Notes: a model not told the origin generated them from the sequence alone. Positions 40,509 through 50,208 are shown, counted from the stretch's first letter. The stretch: DNA of 64,000 nt from an uncultured Desulfobacter sp. (GCA_963665095.1 OY762069.1:5952001-6016000), one strand, 5' to 3'. Program-made: numbers and translations.

Positions 40509-43500
40509 ATGGATATCCTGGAATCAAAACTTACGGCACCCCATCTGGGCAATCTGCTGCCACGGCAGCGGCTGACCCGGAAATTGGCAGCACTTGAAGG
40601 AAAGCGCCTGATTTTGATCACAGCCGGGGCCGGATACGGTAAAACAACAATGGCGGCCCAGGCCCTGGCGGATCCTTCCCCCCGGAACCCGGGCCGGGCA
40701 CTGGTCTGGTACCGCATGGACAGGTTTGACCGGGATATGATCACCTTTATCAGGTATCTGGTCCGGGGACTGGATAAAATATACCCCGGAATTGAGGCGA
40801 TGTTTTTTGAAGACCGGTTTGGCTCTGATGTCACAGGCGGGCCCGAAGACCGGCTCATTGGCCTGTTAAAGGCCCTGGAATCAAGGCCTGACAAAGAGCT
40901 TTTCATTGTCCTGGACGATTATCACCTTCTGGGCCTGCCGGAACACAGTGATCTCCCCGGATTTTTAAGTATTCATTCCTGCTTGGAATTTTTTCTGGAG
41001 CGGCTGCCGGAGCATGTCCGGATTGTCCTCATATCACGCACCGATCCCCCTTTAAAATTATCCAGTCTGCGAGTGAGGCGGCAGATTCTGGAAATTCATG
41101 AATCCGAGCTGGTATTCTTACCGGATGAGACAGCCTCCCTTTTTTCCCTGGTCCATAACCGGGTGCCGGAGGAAAAGACGCTGTCTGCCCTTTATCAGCA
41201 GACCGGCGGGTGGGCCGCAGGCCTGGTTCTGTTTGGCGCAACCCTGGAAAAAGAGGGCGGGGTATTACCATGGCAGGGAGGAACAAATGCCGATATGTCC
41301 AGATATCATATGTTCGATTTCCTGGAGGAGAACCTGTTTGCCATTCAGCCAAAGGCGTTGCAGCAGTTCATGACCAGAACCGCCCTCATGGATCCCATGG
41401 ATACAACGGTCTGTGACCATATTTTCGGCAGGAAAGATTCAAGAGCCTGTTTTAAAAGGATGGTGGCGGCACATCTGATGGTGTTTCCCATGGACGAAGA
41501 TGAAACGGTTTTTCATTACCATCATCTGTTTCGTGACTTTCTTTTAAAAAAACTTCATCAAACCCGGACAGAGTCGGAAATTAAGCAGCTTCACTTAGAC
41601 ATTGCCGTGCTTCTGGAAGCCGGGGAAAACCCTATGGCCCTGGTTCATTACATTGATGCCCATGCCTATGATGCGGCTGTCCGTTTCATGACAGCGTTTG
41701 AGCTGGAGTTCCTGGTCCAGGGGAAGATCCGGTTTGTCCGGGCCTGTCTTGAAAAGATTCCCAAAGAGATCATTGCAGCGAATCCCAGGCTGCTGTTCAT
41801 GGAGGCCAAGCAATACTCCTATTTCGGCCGGCCGGATAAATCCATTGCCTGCCTCACTAAAGCCTGCGGGATTCTCAGGCAGTCCAGCCCGGACGCCTAT
41901 GTATCCAAATGCCTGGTGGACTTAGGTGCCCAGTATTACTACACCGGGCATATCCCGGAGGCCAGAAGACTGATGGTTCAGGTTCTGGACGAGGCCCTGA
42001 CGGATCCCCTCACCTATATTCTGGCCATCACGTACTTGTCTTTTTTCTGTGCCGTACTCGGAGATCTGGACGAGGCACAGATGCATGAACGCCGAACCAG
42101 AGCTATGATCAGCAGCTTCCCGGAACCGGAACAGGCAGCAGCCCTGGCCGCCATGGACATCTCAATTGCTTACATCCTTTATATCCGGGGGGATTTTGAA
42201 AAGGCCATGGCGGTGAATCTTAACCTCATTGCCCGGTGCCAGTCGGAGGGGCTGGAAGCATTTCTGCCCCTGGCCTGTTTTCATGCGTCCATCACGGATT
42301 GCCTGCTTGGGAACCATGAAGCAGGCGTGGCCTATGCTGAAAAAGGGATACGGGCGGCCGGGGAAATTCATTTGCGGGATGCTCAGAACGGCTGGTTATA
42401 TCTTGCACGGGCTGAAAATTATCTGGGCCTGGGACAGTTTGATGCGGCAAAGGGGCATGCCGCCACCTCTTTAAAAATTTTTGAGCGGCCCGGAAATCGC
42501 TGGGGTATGGCAAATGCCCTGGACCTGATGGCCAAAATCAGCCTGGCTGCGGATAATATTGCGGACGCCCGTTCACAGGTCACCCGGGCGCTGAATACTA
42601 TCAAGGGGTATGGCCTTGACATGAGTGAAGCCATGATTTTAGTCACCCATGCCCGGATTCTGATGGCCAAAAACGCCTTTGAAGGGGCCCGGACCTCTTT
42701 GTCCCGGGCCAGAAAGCACCTGAAGTCCACACCCTGGCACCTGTGTTCAGCCTGGCTCCTGGATGCCCGCTGCTGTCACGCCCTGGGTCAGAGTGAAGCC
42801 GCCTTTCGCCATTTTAAAAAAGGAGTTGCCATTGCCAGGAAGAAACAGTTTGACCGGCTTGTACTGGCTGATGCCGGCGAGCTGGTGCCGCTTGGGGCCC
42901 AGGCGTTGTCCGGAACAATTTTTTCAGCCTATCTTGAGACCCTTGGCAGGTCATCTGTCCCAGCCCGTCAGGGCCTGGAAATTCGGGTGCTGGGCCGGTT
43001 CCGGGTGTTGGTCAACGGCCGGGAAATTGCACATGACCAATGGCCCGGCGCAAAACCCCTGACCCTGTTTCAATACCTGGCCCTGCATCAGTCCCGGGGA
43101 TTTATTCCCAAAGATGTCCTGGTGGAGATGCTCTGGCCGGACCAGGATCCGGATAAAACCGGCAAGCGCTTCAACACGGCCATGAGTCAGCTGCGAAGAC
43201 GTCTGGAGCCTGACCTGCCGCCAAGATCAGCCTCGGCATATATTCAACGCAAAAACGATCATTACAAACTTTTTTTAGGTCCCGGGGGACGCCTGGATCT
43301 GGCAGAATTCCGGACATTGGCGGAAAAAGCCCTGAAAATGGAAAAAATAACGCCCGGGGCTGCCCTGGATCTCGGCAGGCAGGCGGAACGCCTTTATACC
43401 GGACCCCTTCTGGAAGACGGGTCCTATCAGGACTGGATTATTCGGCTGCGGGAAGACACCAAAGATCTTTATTGCAGGCTGTGCCGCATGCTGACACGGT

Positions 43501-43742
43501 TATGCCGGGATCTGGATGATCCTGATTCAGGTGTGATATATGCACAGAATTTTCTTAAAGCAGACCCGTTTGATGAATCCATGTACCGCAAACTGATCAC
43601 CTTTTTTCTGGATGGCGGGAAGTATGGCCTTGCCGGTAAAGTGTTTATGACCTGCCGGGAAAAAATGAAAGAGATGGACTGCCCCGTAAGCAGACAGACC
43701 AGGGATCTGATGAAAAATATCCCGGGTTACAGGCAACCTTAG
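40509..43742 (+). CDS. MalT-like STAND ATPase-TPR regulator with C-terminal OmpR-type wHTH + BTAD (SARP-like) module
   Basis: SKLTAP..LLPRQRL, AGAGYGKTT, VLDDYH, TGGW.AGL, YHHLFRDFL; TPR-like helices; IRVLGRFRV...LWPD...SQLRR.LEP; LY.GPLL; DPFDE. Confidence 0.85.
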   Translation: MDILESKLTAPHLGNLLPRQRLTRKLAALEGKRLILITAGAGYGKTTMAAQALADPSPRNPGRALVWYRMDRFDRDMITFIRYLVRGLDKIYPGIEAMFFEDRFGSDVTGGPEDRLIGLLKALESRPDKELFIVLDDYHLLGLPEHSDLPGFLSIHSCLEFFLERLPEHVRIVLISRTDPPLKLSSLRVRRQILEIHESELVFLPDETASLFSLVHNRVPEEKTLSALYQQTGGWAAGLVLFGATLEKEGGVLPWQGGTNADMSRYHMFDFLEENLFAIQPKALQQFMTRTALMDPMDTTVCDHIFGRKDSRACFKRMVAAHLMVFPMDEDETVFHYHHLFRDFLLKKLHQTRTESEIKQLHLDIAVLLEAGENPMALVHYIDAHAYDAAVRFMTAFELEFLVQGKIRFVRACLEKIPKEIIAANPRLLFMEAKQYSYFGRPDKSIACLTKACGILRQSSPDAYVSKCLVDLGAQYYYTGHIPEARRLMVQVLDEALTDPLTYILAITYLSFFCAVLGDLDEAQMHERRTRAMISSFPEPEQAAALAAMDISIAYILYIRGDFEKAMAVNLNLIARCQSEGLEAFLPLACFHASITDCLLGNHEAGVAYAEKGIRAAGEIHLRDAQNGWLYLARAENYLGLGQFDAAKGHAATSLKIFERPGNRWGMANALDLMAKISLAADNIADARSQVTRALNTIKGYGLDMSEAMILVTHARILMAKNAFEGARTSLSRARKHLKSTPWHLCSAWLLDARCCHALGQSEAAFRHFKKGVAIARKKQFDRLVLADAGELVPLGAQALSGTIFSAYLETLGRSSVPARQGLEIRVLGRFRVLVNGREIAHDQWPGAKPLTLFQYLALHQSRGFIPKDVLVEMLWPDQDPDKTGKRFNTAMSQLRRRLEPDLPPRSASAYIQRKNDHYKLFLGPGGRLDLAEFRTLAEKALKMEKITPGAALDLGRQAERLYTGPLLEDGSYQDWIIRLREDTKDLYCRLCRMLTRLCRDLDDPDSGVIYAQNFLKADPFDESMYRKLITFFLDGGKYGLAGKVFMTCREKMKEMDCPVSRQTRDLMKNIPGYRQP

Positions 43743-43785
43743 CCTGCCGGTTCAACCGGTTGGTTCCTTAATATTTTCTTTTAAA

Positions 43786-43829
43786 ATTAAGTCCGGATTT
43801 AGACAAAATTTAGACCGCCCCTGTATAGA
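43786..43829 (+). promoter_or_regulatory. Three direct repeats at 11-bp period abutting a -10 element upstream of dsrP
   Basis: ATTAAGTC (43786), ATTTAGAC (43797), ATTTAGAC (43808), then 8 nt, then TATAGA (43824-43829). Confidence 0.6.
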
Positions 43830-43875
43830 GGTGCAAGTTGAATCCTGGTGTCAATTTTTTTGAAAGGAAGTATCC

Positions 43876-45042
43876 ATGCTTGAACTGGCATTAAAGGGAA
43901 ACCGGAATTATTGGATTTGGATGGGGTGTCTGGGTGTAATCATGGCTGTGGGCGGGCTTTTTTATCTGGATCAGCTCAAACACGGCCTCATGGTCACAGG
44001 CCAGAGCCGGGATGTCTCCTGGGGATTTTATACGGCCCAGATGACCTTCCTGGTGGGGGTGGCGGCCGGCGGTGTCATGCTGGTGCTGCCTTATTATCTG
44101 CATGATTACAAAGCATTTGGAAAAATTACCATCCTGGGGGAATTTCTGGCTGTGGCTTCCCTTGTCATGTGCCTGACATACCTGCTTGTTCATCTGGGAC
44201 AGCCCATGCGGGCCTTAAACATTTTCATGTACCCCACCCCCTGGTCCATGCTTTTCTGGGACGGGAATGTGCTGTCCGGTTATCTTCTGCTCAATATCAT
44301 TATCGGCTGGAAGGTGCTGGAGGCGGAAAGAAACGGGGTGCCCCCTGCAAAATGGATCAAACCGCTGATCTATCTTTCCATTCCCATGGCGGTTTCCATT
44401 CACACCATGACTGCATTTATCTATTGCGGCCTTCCCGGCAGAGGGTTCTGGCTGACAGCCATCCTTGCCCCGCGGTTTCTGGCATCTGCCTTTGCCTCCG
44501 GGCCGGCCCTGCTCATTCTTTTAAGTCTTTTGATCCGCAAAACAAGTGGTTTTAATCCGGGCAAAAAGGCGGTTCAGACCCTGGCCGTCATTGCCACCTA
44601 TGCCCTGGTTGTCAATCTGTTTTTCCTGGTCTGTGAGGTCTTTGTGGTGTTCTATTCAAATATCCCGTCCCACAAGGCCCATTTAACCTATCTGTATGCA
44701 GGTCTTCACGATAAAACAGGCCTGGTGCCCTGGATGTGGTCCTCTGTGGCGCTGATGGTAACAGCCGCCTGTGTTCTTCTGATGCCGGTCTTAAGAAAAA
44801 ACGAAATCACCCTGGCAGTTGCCTGTGCCGCCCTGTTTGCCGGCACCTGGATCGATAAGGGGATGGGGATGATCTCAGGGGGATTTGTCCCCTCGCCGTT
44901 GCATCATATCACGGAGTACAGCCCAAGCCTTCATGAGGTGGTGATCTCTGCCGGGATCACGGCCTTAGGGCTCTTTGTTCTAACGGTACTGTATAAAATA
45001 GTGATCAGCGTCAAGGTGTATAATCAAAGCGGGCGGATATAA
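43876..45042 (+). CDS. dsrP: DsrP-like NrfD family membrane subunit, stand-alone
   Basis: MLELALKG..YW.W, TG.SRDVSWG.Y, FLVGVAAGGVM.VLP.YLH, GEFLA, WD...L.GY, SIHT.TAF, APRFLASAF.SGP, DKG.G...GF.P match DsrP. Confidence 0.82.
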   Translation: MLELALKGNRNYWIWMGCLGVIMAVGGLFYLDQLKHGLMVTGQSRDVSWGFYTAQMTFLVGVAAGGVMLVLPYYLHDYKAFGKITILGEFLAVASLVMCLTYLLVHLGQPMRALNIFMYPTPWSMLFWDGNVLSGYLLLNIIIGWKVLEAERNGVPPAKWIKPLIYLSIPMAVSIHTMTAFIYCGLPGRGFWLTAILAPRFLASAFASGPALLILLSLLIRKTSGFNPGKKAVQTLAVIATYALVVNLFFLVCEVFVVFYSNIPSHKAHLTYLYAGLHDKTGLVPWMWSSVALMVTAACVLLMPVLRKNEITLAVACAALFAGTWIDKGMGMISGGFVPSPLHHITEYSPSLHEVVISAGITALGLFVLTVLYKIVISVKVYNQSGRI

Positions 45043-45062
45043 TCGTGATTATTTATAAAGTC

Positions 45063-45320
45063 TCAAAGCGCTCCAGAGATCCGGTCATCTTCTGATAAGT
45101 TGGTCCAAAATACTTGCCCCATTTCAGAAGCCTCTTCAGATAAATGTTCTACCGATTGAGTAACTTCAAACGGTAGAACCTCATCATTTTCCGGAGCGAA
45201 TTCCATGGAACACATATCATAGACAGGCAACAGGGAAAAATTGCCGTTTTGCATGGAAAAACTTAAATTCCCCAAGTGCATATCACTGTTATGAATAACT
45301 TCTCCGAATTGATGCAGTAT
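45063..45320 (-). pseudogene. C-terminal remnant of a HipA/YjjJ-family kinase toxin
   Basis: ILHQFGEVIHNSDMHLGNLSF...LLPVYDM..M.FAP; the N-terminal bulk of the gene is absent. Confidence 0.75.
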
Positions 45321-45543
45321 CTATCATTGAAAGCATTCAGAGTCCCACAGAAGAACCCGTTGGCCGCATCATCTTTTATTTATTTTCGCGCAAGTACTTA
45401 AGCAAGAAATGAATTTTATATGTGGGAGTGTAACGCAATATGGCTGACTGCACCCGGCAAAAAAGGGTGCCCCGGGCAAAGTTTTACCATGCGGCAGGGG
45501 GGGGGCTTTTTTGATATTCCTTTAAAAACAGGCAGGTAAATTA

Positions 45544-45559
45544 TGGTGCAAATTTTGCT
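45544..45559 (+). promoter_or_regulatory. Putative sigma-54 promoter
   Basis: TGGTGCAAATTTTGCT: GG-N10-GC. Confidence 0.6.
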
Positions 45560-45658
45560 TGTAACTTAAATTAGAACCGGCAGCCATGATGATGCCGATG
45601 TTTTTATTCCGGTGATTTCCCAGGAAGGGGACACATCGGCATATTCCAAGGAGGCTGC

Positions 45659-46753
45659 ATGAAAATTGATGCGTTTTCCCTTAATTTTGCTTCATCCCGT
45701 ACATTTACCCAGACCCAGACAACCCTTGTTAGCAACTCATCCTCTTTCAGCTCTGTTCTTGAGGATGTGCAGGACCCTGACGTAAATACCCAGGGCTACG
45801 ATACAGCCGATGATTCAACACAAGATATCCCTCGGTTGGACATAGATACTTCCTTTTTTTCCAGTCAGGAGCTCACGGAGGTCTCTTTTTTTAACCTGCA
45901 GGCGGTGGAGGAGACCTCCTTGAGTCAGCAGTTTAAGATGCAGCTGAGCAATCTGCGTCAAATGGCCCATGATATTTTCAGTTCATTTTCCCGGCAGATA
46001 ACCAATTCGGACAGTGCCTCTTTGACACGCCTGACCCGGATCTACACCGGACCTCTGGATTTATCGGATTCCCCATTTTTTTCCTCCTGGGAAAATACCC
46101 GGACCACTACGCTTACCTATGAAGAGAGCGAAAGCGTATCCGTCACTGCCATGGGAACGGTCAATACGGCAGATAACCGGCAGATCGACTTTTCCATGGA
46201 TCTTTTAATGGAACGTGAGTTTTTCAATGAATCCCAGACCACTGTGACTGAAACAGGTTATATGTTCATCGACCCCATCGTGGTGCAGACCGGTGCCCAG
46301 ACCCCGATGCTCCAGGGAGCGCAGTTTGCGTTTGATCTTGACTGTGATGGTGAGACTGAGGATCTTGCCGGGTTGTCAGAAGGATATGCGTTTCTTGCCC
46401 TGGACCTCAATCAGGACGGTGTGATCAATGACGGCAGTGAGCTTTTCGGACCGACCACAGGGGATGGTTTCCAGGAACTTGCCGAATATGATGAGGATCA
46501 TAACATGTGGCTTGATGAAAATGATTCCATGTTTGATCAGTTTGTTTTATGGAACCCGTCTGCTGATGAAGGGACCCGTCTGACCCGGCTTAAAGATGCC
46601 GATGTGGGTGCTGTTTATCTGGGTGAGGTATCTTCCTTGTTTGGCCTGACATCAGAGGATCAGCAGATGGCAGGGCAGATCACAGATACCTCCCTGGCCC
46701 TGACCGAGTCGGGGGGCGTAATGCCTGTGTATGAGATGGATTATATAGTGTAG
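45659..46753 (+). CDS. Acidic hypothetical protein with Ca-binding-like DxDxDG repeats
   Basis: AGGAGG RBS; FDLDCDGE, LDLNQDGVINDGSELFG, YDEDHNMWLDE motifs; Ser/Thr-rich N-terminus. Confidence 0.8.
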   Translation: MKIDAFSLNFASSRTFTQTQTTLVSNSSSFSSVLEDVQDPDVNTQGYDTADDSTQDIPRLDIDTSFFSSQELTEVSFFNLQAVEETSLSQQFKMQLSNLRQMAHDIFSSFSRQITNSDSASLTRLTRIYTGPLDLSDSPFFSSWENTRTTTLTYEESESVSVTAMGTVNTADNRQIDFSMDLLMEREFFNESQTTVTETGYMFIDPIVVQTGAQTPMLQGAQFAFDLDCDGETEDLAGLSEGYAFLALDLNQDGVINDGSELFGPTTGDGFQELAEYDEDHNMWLDENDSMFDQFVLWNPSADEGTRLTRLKDADVGAVYLGEVSSLFGLTSEDQQMAGQITDTSLALTESGGVMPVYEMDYIV

Positions 46754-46901
46754 CAGGATTTTTGAACATATACCGCTGGCAAGTTTGTTCCAAGGCACAT
46801 GGGGCTGAAAGAACGCGGCTCTATACGGCAACATCAACACTGCCTGCGGAACCGGCATTTGAACTGCCGGTTCGCTACAGCAAGGACAATCAATCCGATT
46901 G

Positions 46902-47018
46902 ATTGAAATCGTTTCAAAAATCATCCTCCGGCACTCCAACCTGTCAACCACCCAAAGATATCTTGGGGAAATCAGCGACACCGAGGCCATGTATTGGATT
47001 GAGAATATTTACCGGTAA
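46902..47018 (+). pseudogene. C-terminal remnant of a tyrosine recombinase
   Basis: Manual translation IEIVSKIILRHSNLSTTQRYLGEISDTEAMYWIENIYR* contains the LxH...TTxxY catalytic box. Confidence 0.75.
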
Positions 47019-47025
47019 AAGTTTG

Positions 47026-47055
47026 AAAGGGGATTGGGATTATCCAATCCCCTTT
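47026..47055. terminator. Bidirectional terminator-like hairpin (repeated at 53528-53557)
   Basis: aaaggggattgg-gattat-ccaatccccttt between the convergent integrase remnant and the DUF2293 gene. Confidence 0.7.
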
Positions 47056-47060
47056 TGAGG

Positions 47061-47747
47061 TCAAAAATTATGATCTTCTTCCAATGCCTGTTTTAGGGGA
47101 CAAGCTTCTTTTTGGTCCTGGCCATGACGATATGTTTCCAACACTTCTATTGATTTTTTGGCCAGTTCTCTTCTTGCCTCTCTTCGCTTTCCCTTTATAC
47201 GTGGAATTTTCATTGAATCATATGCTGTGGTCTTATGTCGCATCCATGCAATTACAGCAGCTTGTGCTCTTTTATCAATAGGGATTCGCTGTGTTCTGGC
47301 AACGGTTCCGCTGCCCACAGGGGTTGCATGGGTGGTTATGATTTTTCCAAGGTGTCGTGCCTCTTTTTCATACCTGGGATGGAAATTCAAAAACTTGATG
47401 ATCTGATCATTAAATTCCTGTGTATAGGCGGTTTGCTTATCCCGTCTTCGCACCAGTTCCCGCTTCCGCTCATTAGCATAGGCCGGTGTTGACCTCTTAG
47501 CAGCCACTTCCTGTTTTGCGGACAGGATATTGTCAGCGGGGGCCCATATGCCTTTTGAAATCATCCGTCTGCGGTATTTTACCTGGACCACCCATACGGA
47601 GCCCTTTAACTTTACTCGCCTTGTAACCGCAGCATCCCCTGCTGGCAAAAAAGCCCACCCTTCAGGTGGTGTCAGTTTTTTCCCTGATTCAGAATATAGT
47701 GTTCCTTCTGTAGGCCCAGGAGAAACACTTAAATGCTGATGTACCAT
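47061..47747 (-). CDS. DUF2293 domain protein
   Basis: PP.GW.FLPAGDA..TRR, HATPVGSGTVART, AVIAWMRH.TT.YD motifs. Confidence 0.8.
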   Translation of the reverse strand: MVHQHLSVSPGPTEGTLYSESGKKLTPPEGWAFLPAGDAAVTRRVKLKGSVWVVQVKYRRRMISKGIWAPADNILSAKQEVAAKRSTPAYANERKRELVRRRDKQTAYTQEFNDQIIKFLNFHPRYEKEARHLGKIITTHATPVGSGTVARTQRIPIDKRAQAAVIAWMRHKTTAYDSMKIPRIKGKRREARRELAKKSIEVLETYRHGQDQKEACPLKQALEEDHNF

Positions 47748-47764
47748 TCACTATACCTTAATAA

Positions 47765-48074
47765 TCATTTAAGTTTATGAGAATACCGTTTTGAATTGGG
47801 ATAATCGACTCTCTCCTTCAATTCTTTTCCCGGCTTGAAAAAAAGGGAGCCTTTTGGTGGGAACCATAACCTTTTTCCCAGTCTTGGGATTTCTGCCAGT
47901 GTAACTGGCGTATTCTTTGATGGAAAAAGAACACAGGCTACGAATCTCAATCCGGTCACCTTTAACCATGATCTCAGTGGGGCTATCGAAAAAGAGCTTC
48001 ACCATGTCGGTGGATTCCTGTTTGGTCAGCCCAGTTCTATCTTTGATTGCCTGAATTAGTTCAAGTTTGTTCAT
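47765..48074 (-). pseudogene. IHF/HU family DNA-binding protein with a frameshift near the 3' end
   Basis: MNKLEL...RIEIR.LCSF...GRNPKTG; the canonical ending FFKPGKELKERVD lies in another frame after a T7 run (A7 at 47838-47844 on +). Confidence 0.8.
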
Positions 48075-48150
48075 ACCCATTGCTCCCGTCATTATTATTA
48101 GCGGGCAACATGTTTAGCTGGTTCTTTGAATTTTATCAAGTGGCAAAACT

Positions 48151-48568
48151 TTCCAAGTGTGCATGGAGTGTTATTACAGCTTACCTTAAATCTACGGTCC
48201 CGGATGGAGAAGCTGTTCCCGGTGCCAGTATTGCAGTGCAGACCTATGGCGACTTTCTAAATTTCAACCCCCATCTTCACGCCATAGTTTCAGATGGTTG
48301 CTTCTTAAAAGACGACAGCTTTCAGACTGCTCCGATATTTATGCTTGAAGACCTGGAAGAAGCATTTCAGTATGAGGTGCTGAAAATGCTCAAGAAAGAG
48401 GGGAAAATCAATGATGCCATCATTGAAAACATGCTTTCCTGGCATCATTCCGGGTTTAATGTTTATATCGGAGACAGAATTGAGCCTGATGATAAAGCAG
48501 GACTTGGCAATTTAGCAAAATATATCATTCGTGCCTGTTTTTCTCAGGAAAGACTGGTCTATATTCCG
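48151..48568 (+). mobile_element. Internal fragment of an IS91/ISCR-family rolling-circle transposase
   Basis: QTYGDFLNFNPHLH (HUH motif), W.HSGF.V, LAKYIIRACFSQERL; truncated at both ends. Confidence 0.8.
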
Positions 48569-49110
48569 GGCCCAGGCAGTTTCGTTGAGCTGCAGGCAGA
48601 TATCGTACGCCTGCCCGGTTCAAGGGCTTCAGGAAATTCGTGGCTGTCCCGGTGGGTGAGGTTGGTCACCCCGTAACTGATCCGGGCCACGCTCCCGTCT
48701 GGCCGTACATCGTTGAGCCGGGCCGCCAGGATACCCGTGGACTTATTAGACCGAAAGCGCAGGCGCAGCACCGGGGCACCGATTATCCGTGTGTCCACCG
48801 CTAGGCGGGGTATCAAAACAAAGGGCCGCCATGTCATCGGGCCGCTGGTCCGTTGGCAGGTCCGGTCCGGTGCCAAAGGAGAACCATCGGCCGCTCCGGT
48901 GGCCCAGGGTCTGGGGGGTGGACAGGGGCTGCACCCCTTTTTCGGGTGTCTGTCCCAGGCGGTCGGCGGTGGGGTGGAATGGTACCATGGTCACATCTTT
49001 TGGCGGCCATGCATCCCGGGCCACCCACTGCCCCGGCACCGTGTCATGGCCGGCGGCAGGCTTATGACTGTCCTGAAGATAGAGAATCACTTTTTCACCC
49101 CCCCCCTGGT
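48569..49110 (-). pseudogene. CocE/NonD (X-Pro peptidase-like) hydrolase C-terminal fragment, frameshifted
   Basis: DLP.DQR.DD..LCFDT.P continues in another frame as I.GAP.L.L...ARL.DV.PDG....SYG..NLTHRDSHE.P..LEPG. Boundaries approximate. Confidence 0.75.
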
Positions 49111-49385
49111 GTTGCCATATTTAAGGAAATCGGCGAGGCCCTAAGTGATATCCGATATACAGATGGTGTTGCCATTGCGCATGGAGTGAAGGGGACACGC
49201 AACGGCCCTATGCAGGCGGCTGCAAAATTGCAAGATATTGCAGCAATTGCTTGCATGAAGCACCATGTCAGTCACCAATTTCATCGTCTTTGGCACGCCT
49301 TTCCGATAGTGTATTCCACCGTTCTTAGGGCGTTTCAGCATTTCCCGGCGGTTTTGTGCCATCTGCTTTTTTGCCGCATCCAGGC

Positions 49386-49401
49386 TGGCATGCGGATTGC
49401 T
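49386..49401 (+). promoter_or_regulatory. Sigma-54 promoter of the hydrolase operon
   Basis: TGGCATGCGGATTGCT, a near-consensus -24/-12 element. Confidence 0.8.
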
Positions 49402-49485
49402 ATTATTGACATCATTGCTGTTTATTGATTGCTATTTTAGGACGTATGTATCGCGGTTCTTATGACATTGACAAGGAGGAAAGTG

Positions 49486-50190
49486 ATGACCCAGTTAAAT
49501 GAATTTGCAAATCAGTACTATAAAGGACTGGCAGAAGGTGTATATGGCGACCCGATGCCGCTGGACAGTTCAGATACGGCATTGATCCTGATTGATATTC
49601 AGGAAAGCATCACCCAGGAGTATTACACCCGGCAGTTTACCGAATTTGGGATGGATGTGGCGGCATTGAAACCAATCCTGGATGAAATCGGGCAGAATCT
49701 CAACAAGACACTTTCAAACATTGAAAAGGTGCTCAAGGCTTGCCGGGACAAAGGTATCCGGCCGATTCACATTAAAATCGAATCCTATCTGCCGGACGCA
49801 AAAGATACGGGCCTGCTCCATGCTTCCGCCGGGATGCTTTATCCGCCAGGCTCCCATGGAACCGACTTCATCGCCTCAGCCGCGCCCCTGGACGGGGAAC
49901 TCGTGCTGAAAAAAACATGTTCCGGAATCCATGTGGGGACCCCCCTGGACCGGATTTTAAGAAATCTCGGCATCAAACGGGTACTGGTTGTCGGGTTTTA
50001 CACGGACCAGTGTGTCAGCACCTCGGTTCGCGACCTGAGGGATCTGGGCTATGAAGTCGCCATTGTCGAGGACGCCATAAATGCCTTTAGCCCGGAACGC
50101 CACGAAAAGGCACTTTTGGGAATCAAAAAAATTTACGCCAACTCTGAAACAACCGATGAACTGCTGGCCAGAATGGCAACACTGAAATAG
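49486..50190 (+). CDS. Isochorismatase-family cysteine hydrolase
   Basis: TALILIDIQ, K, GFYTDQCV.TS.RD (Asp-Lys-Cys triad). AGGAGG RBS favours a start at 49483/49486. Confidence 0.9.
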   Translation: MTQLNEFANQYYKGLAEGVYGDPMPLDSSDTALILIDIQESITQEYYTRQFTEFGMDVAALKPILDEIGQNLNKTLSNIEKVLKACRDKGIRPIHIKIESYLPDAKDTGLLHASAGMLYPPGSHGTDFIASAAPLDGELVLKKTCSGIHVGTPLDRILRNLGIKRVLVVGFYTDQCVSTSVRDLRDLGYEVAIVEDAINAFSPERHEKALLGIKKIYANSETTDELLARMATLK

Positions 50191-50208
50191 CGATAAAAAG
50201 GACGAACC

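Larger units (their letters stand above)
46969..48150 (+). repeat. Direct repeat copy 1 (1182 bp)
   Basis: Runs from aaatcagcgacacc to gtggcaaaact; near-identical to 53471-54491. Confidence 0.95.

Noticed and set aside
48047..48676. 209-aa ORF as an intact transposase
   Set aside because: A chimeric read-through: the N-terminus is antisense IHF/repeat sequence, the C-terminus is antisense CocE, and only the middle is IS91-like.
48713..49428. Several overlapping plus-strand ORFs
   Set aside because: Shadows of the GC-rich CocE pseudogene and the promoter region.
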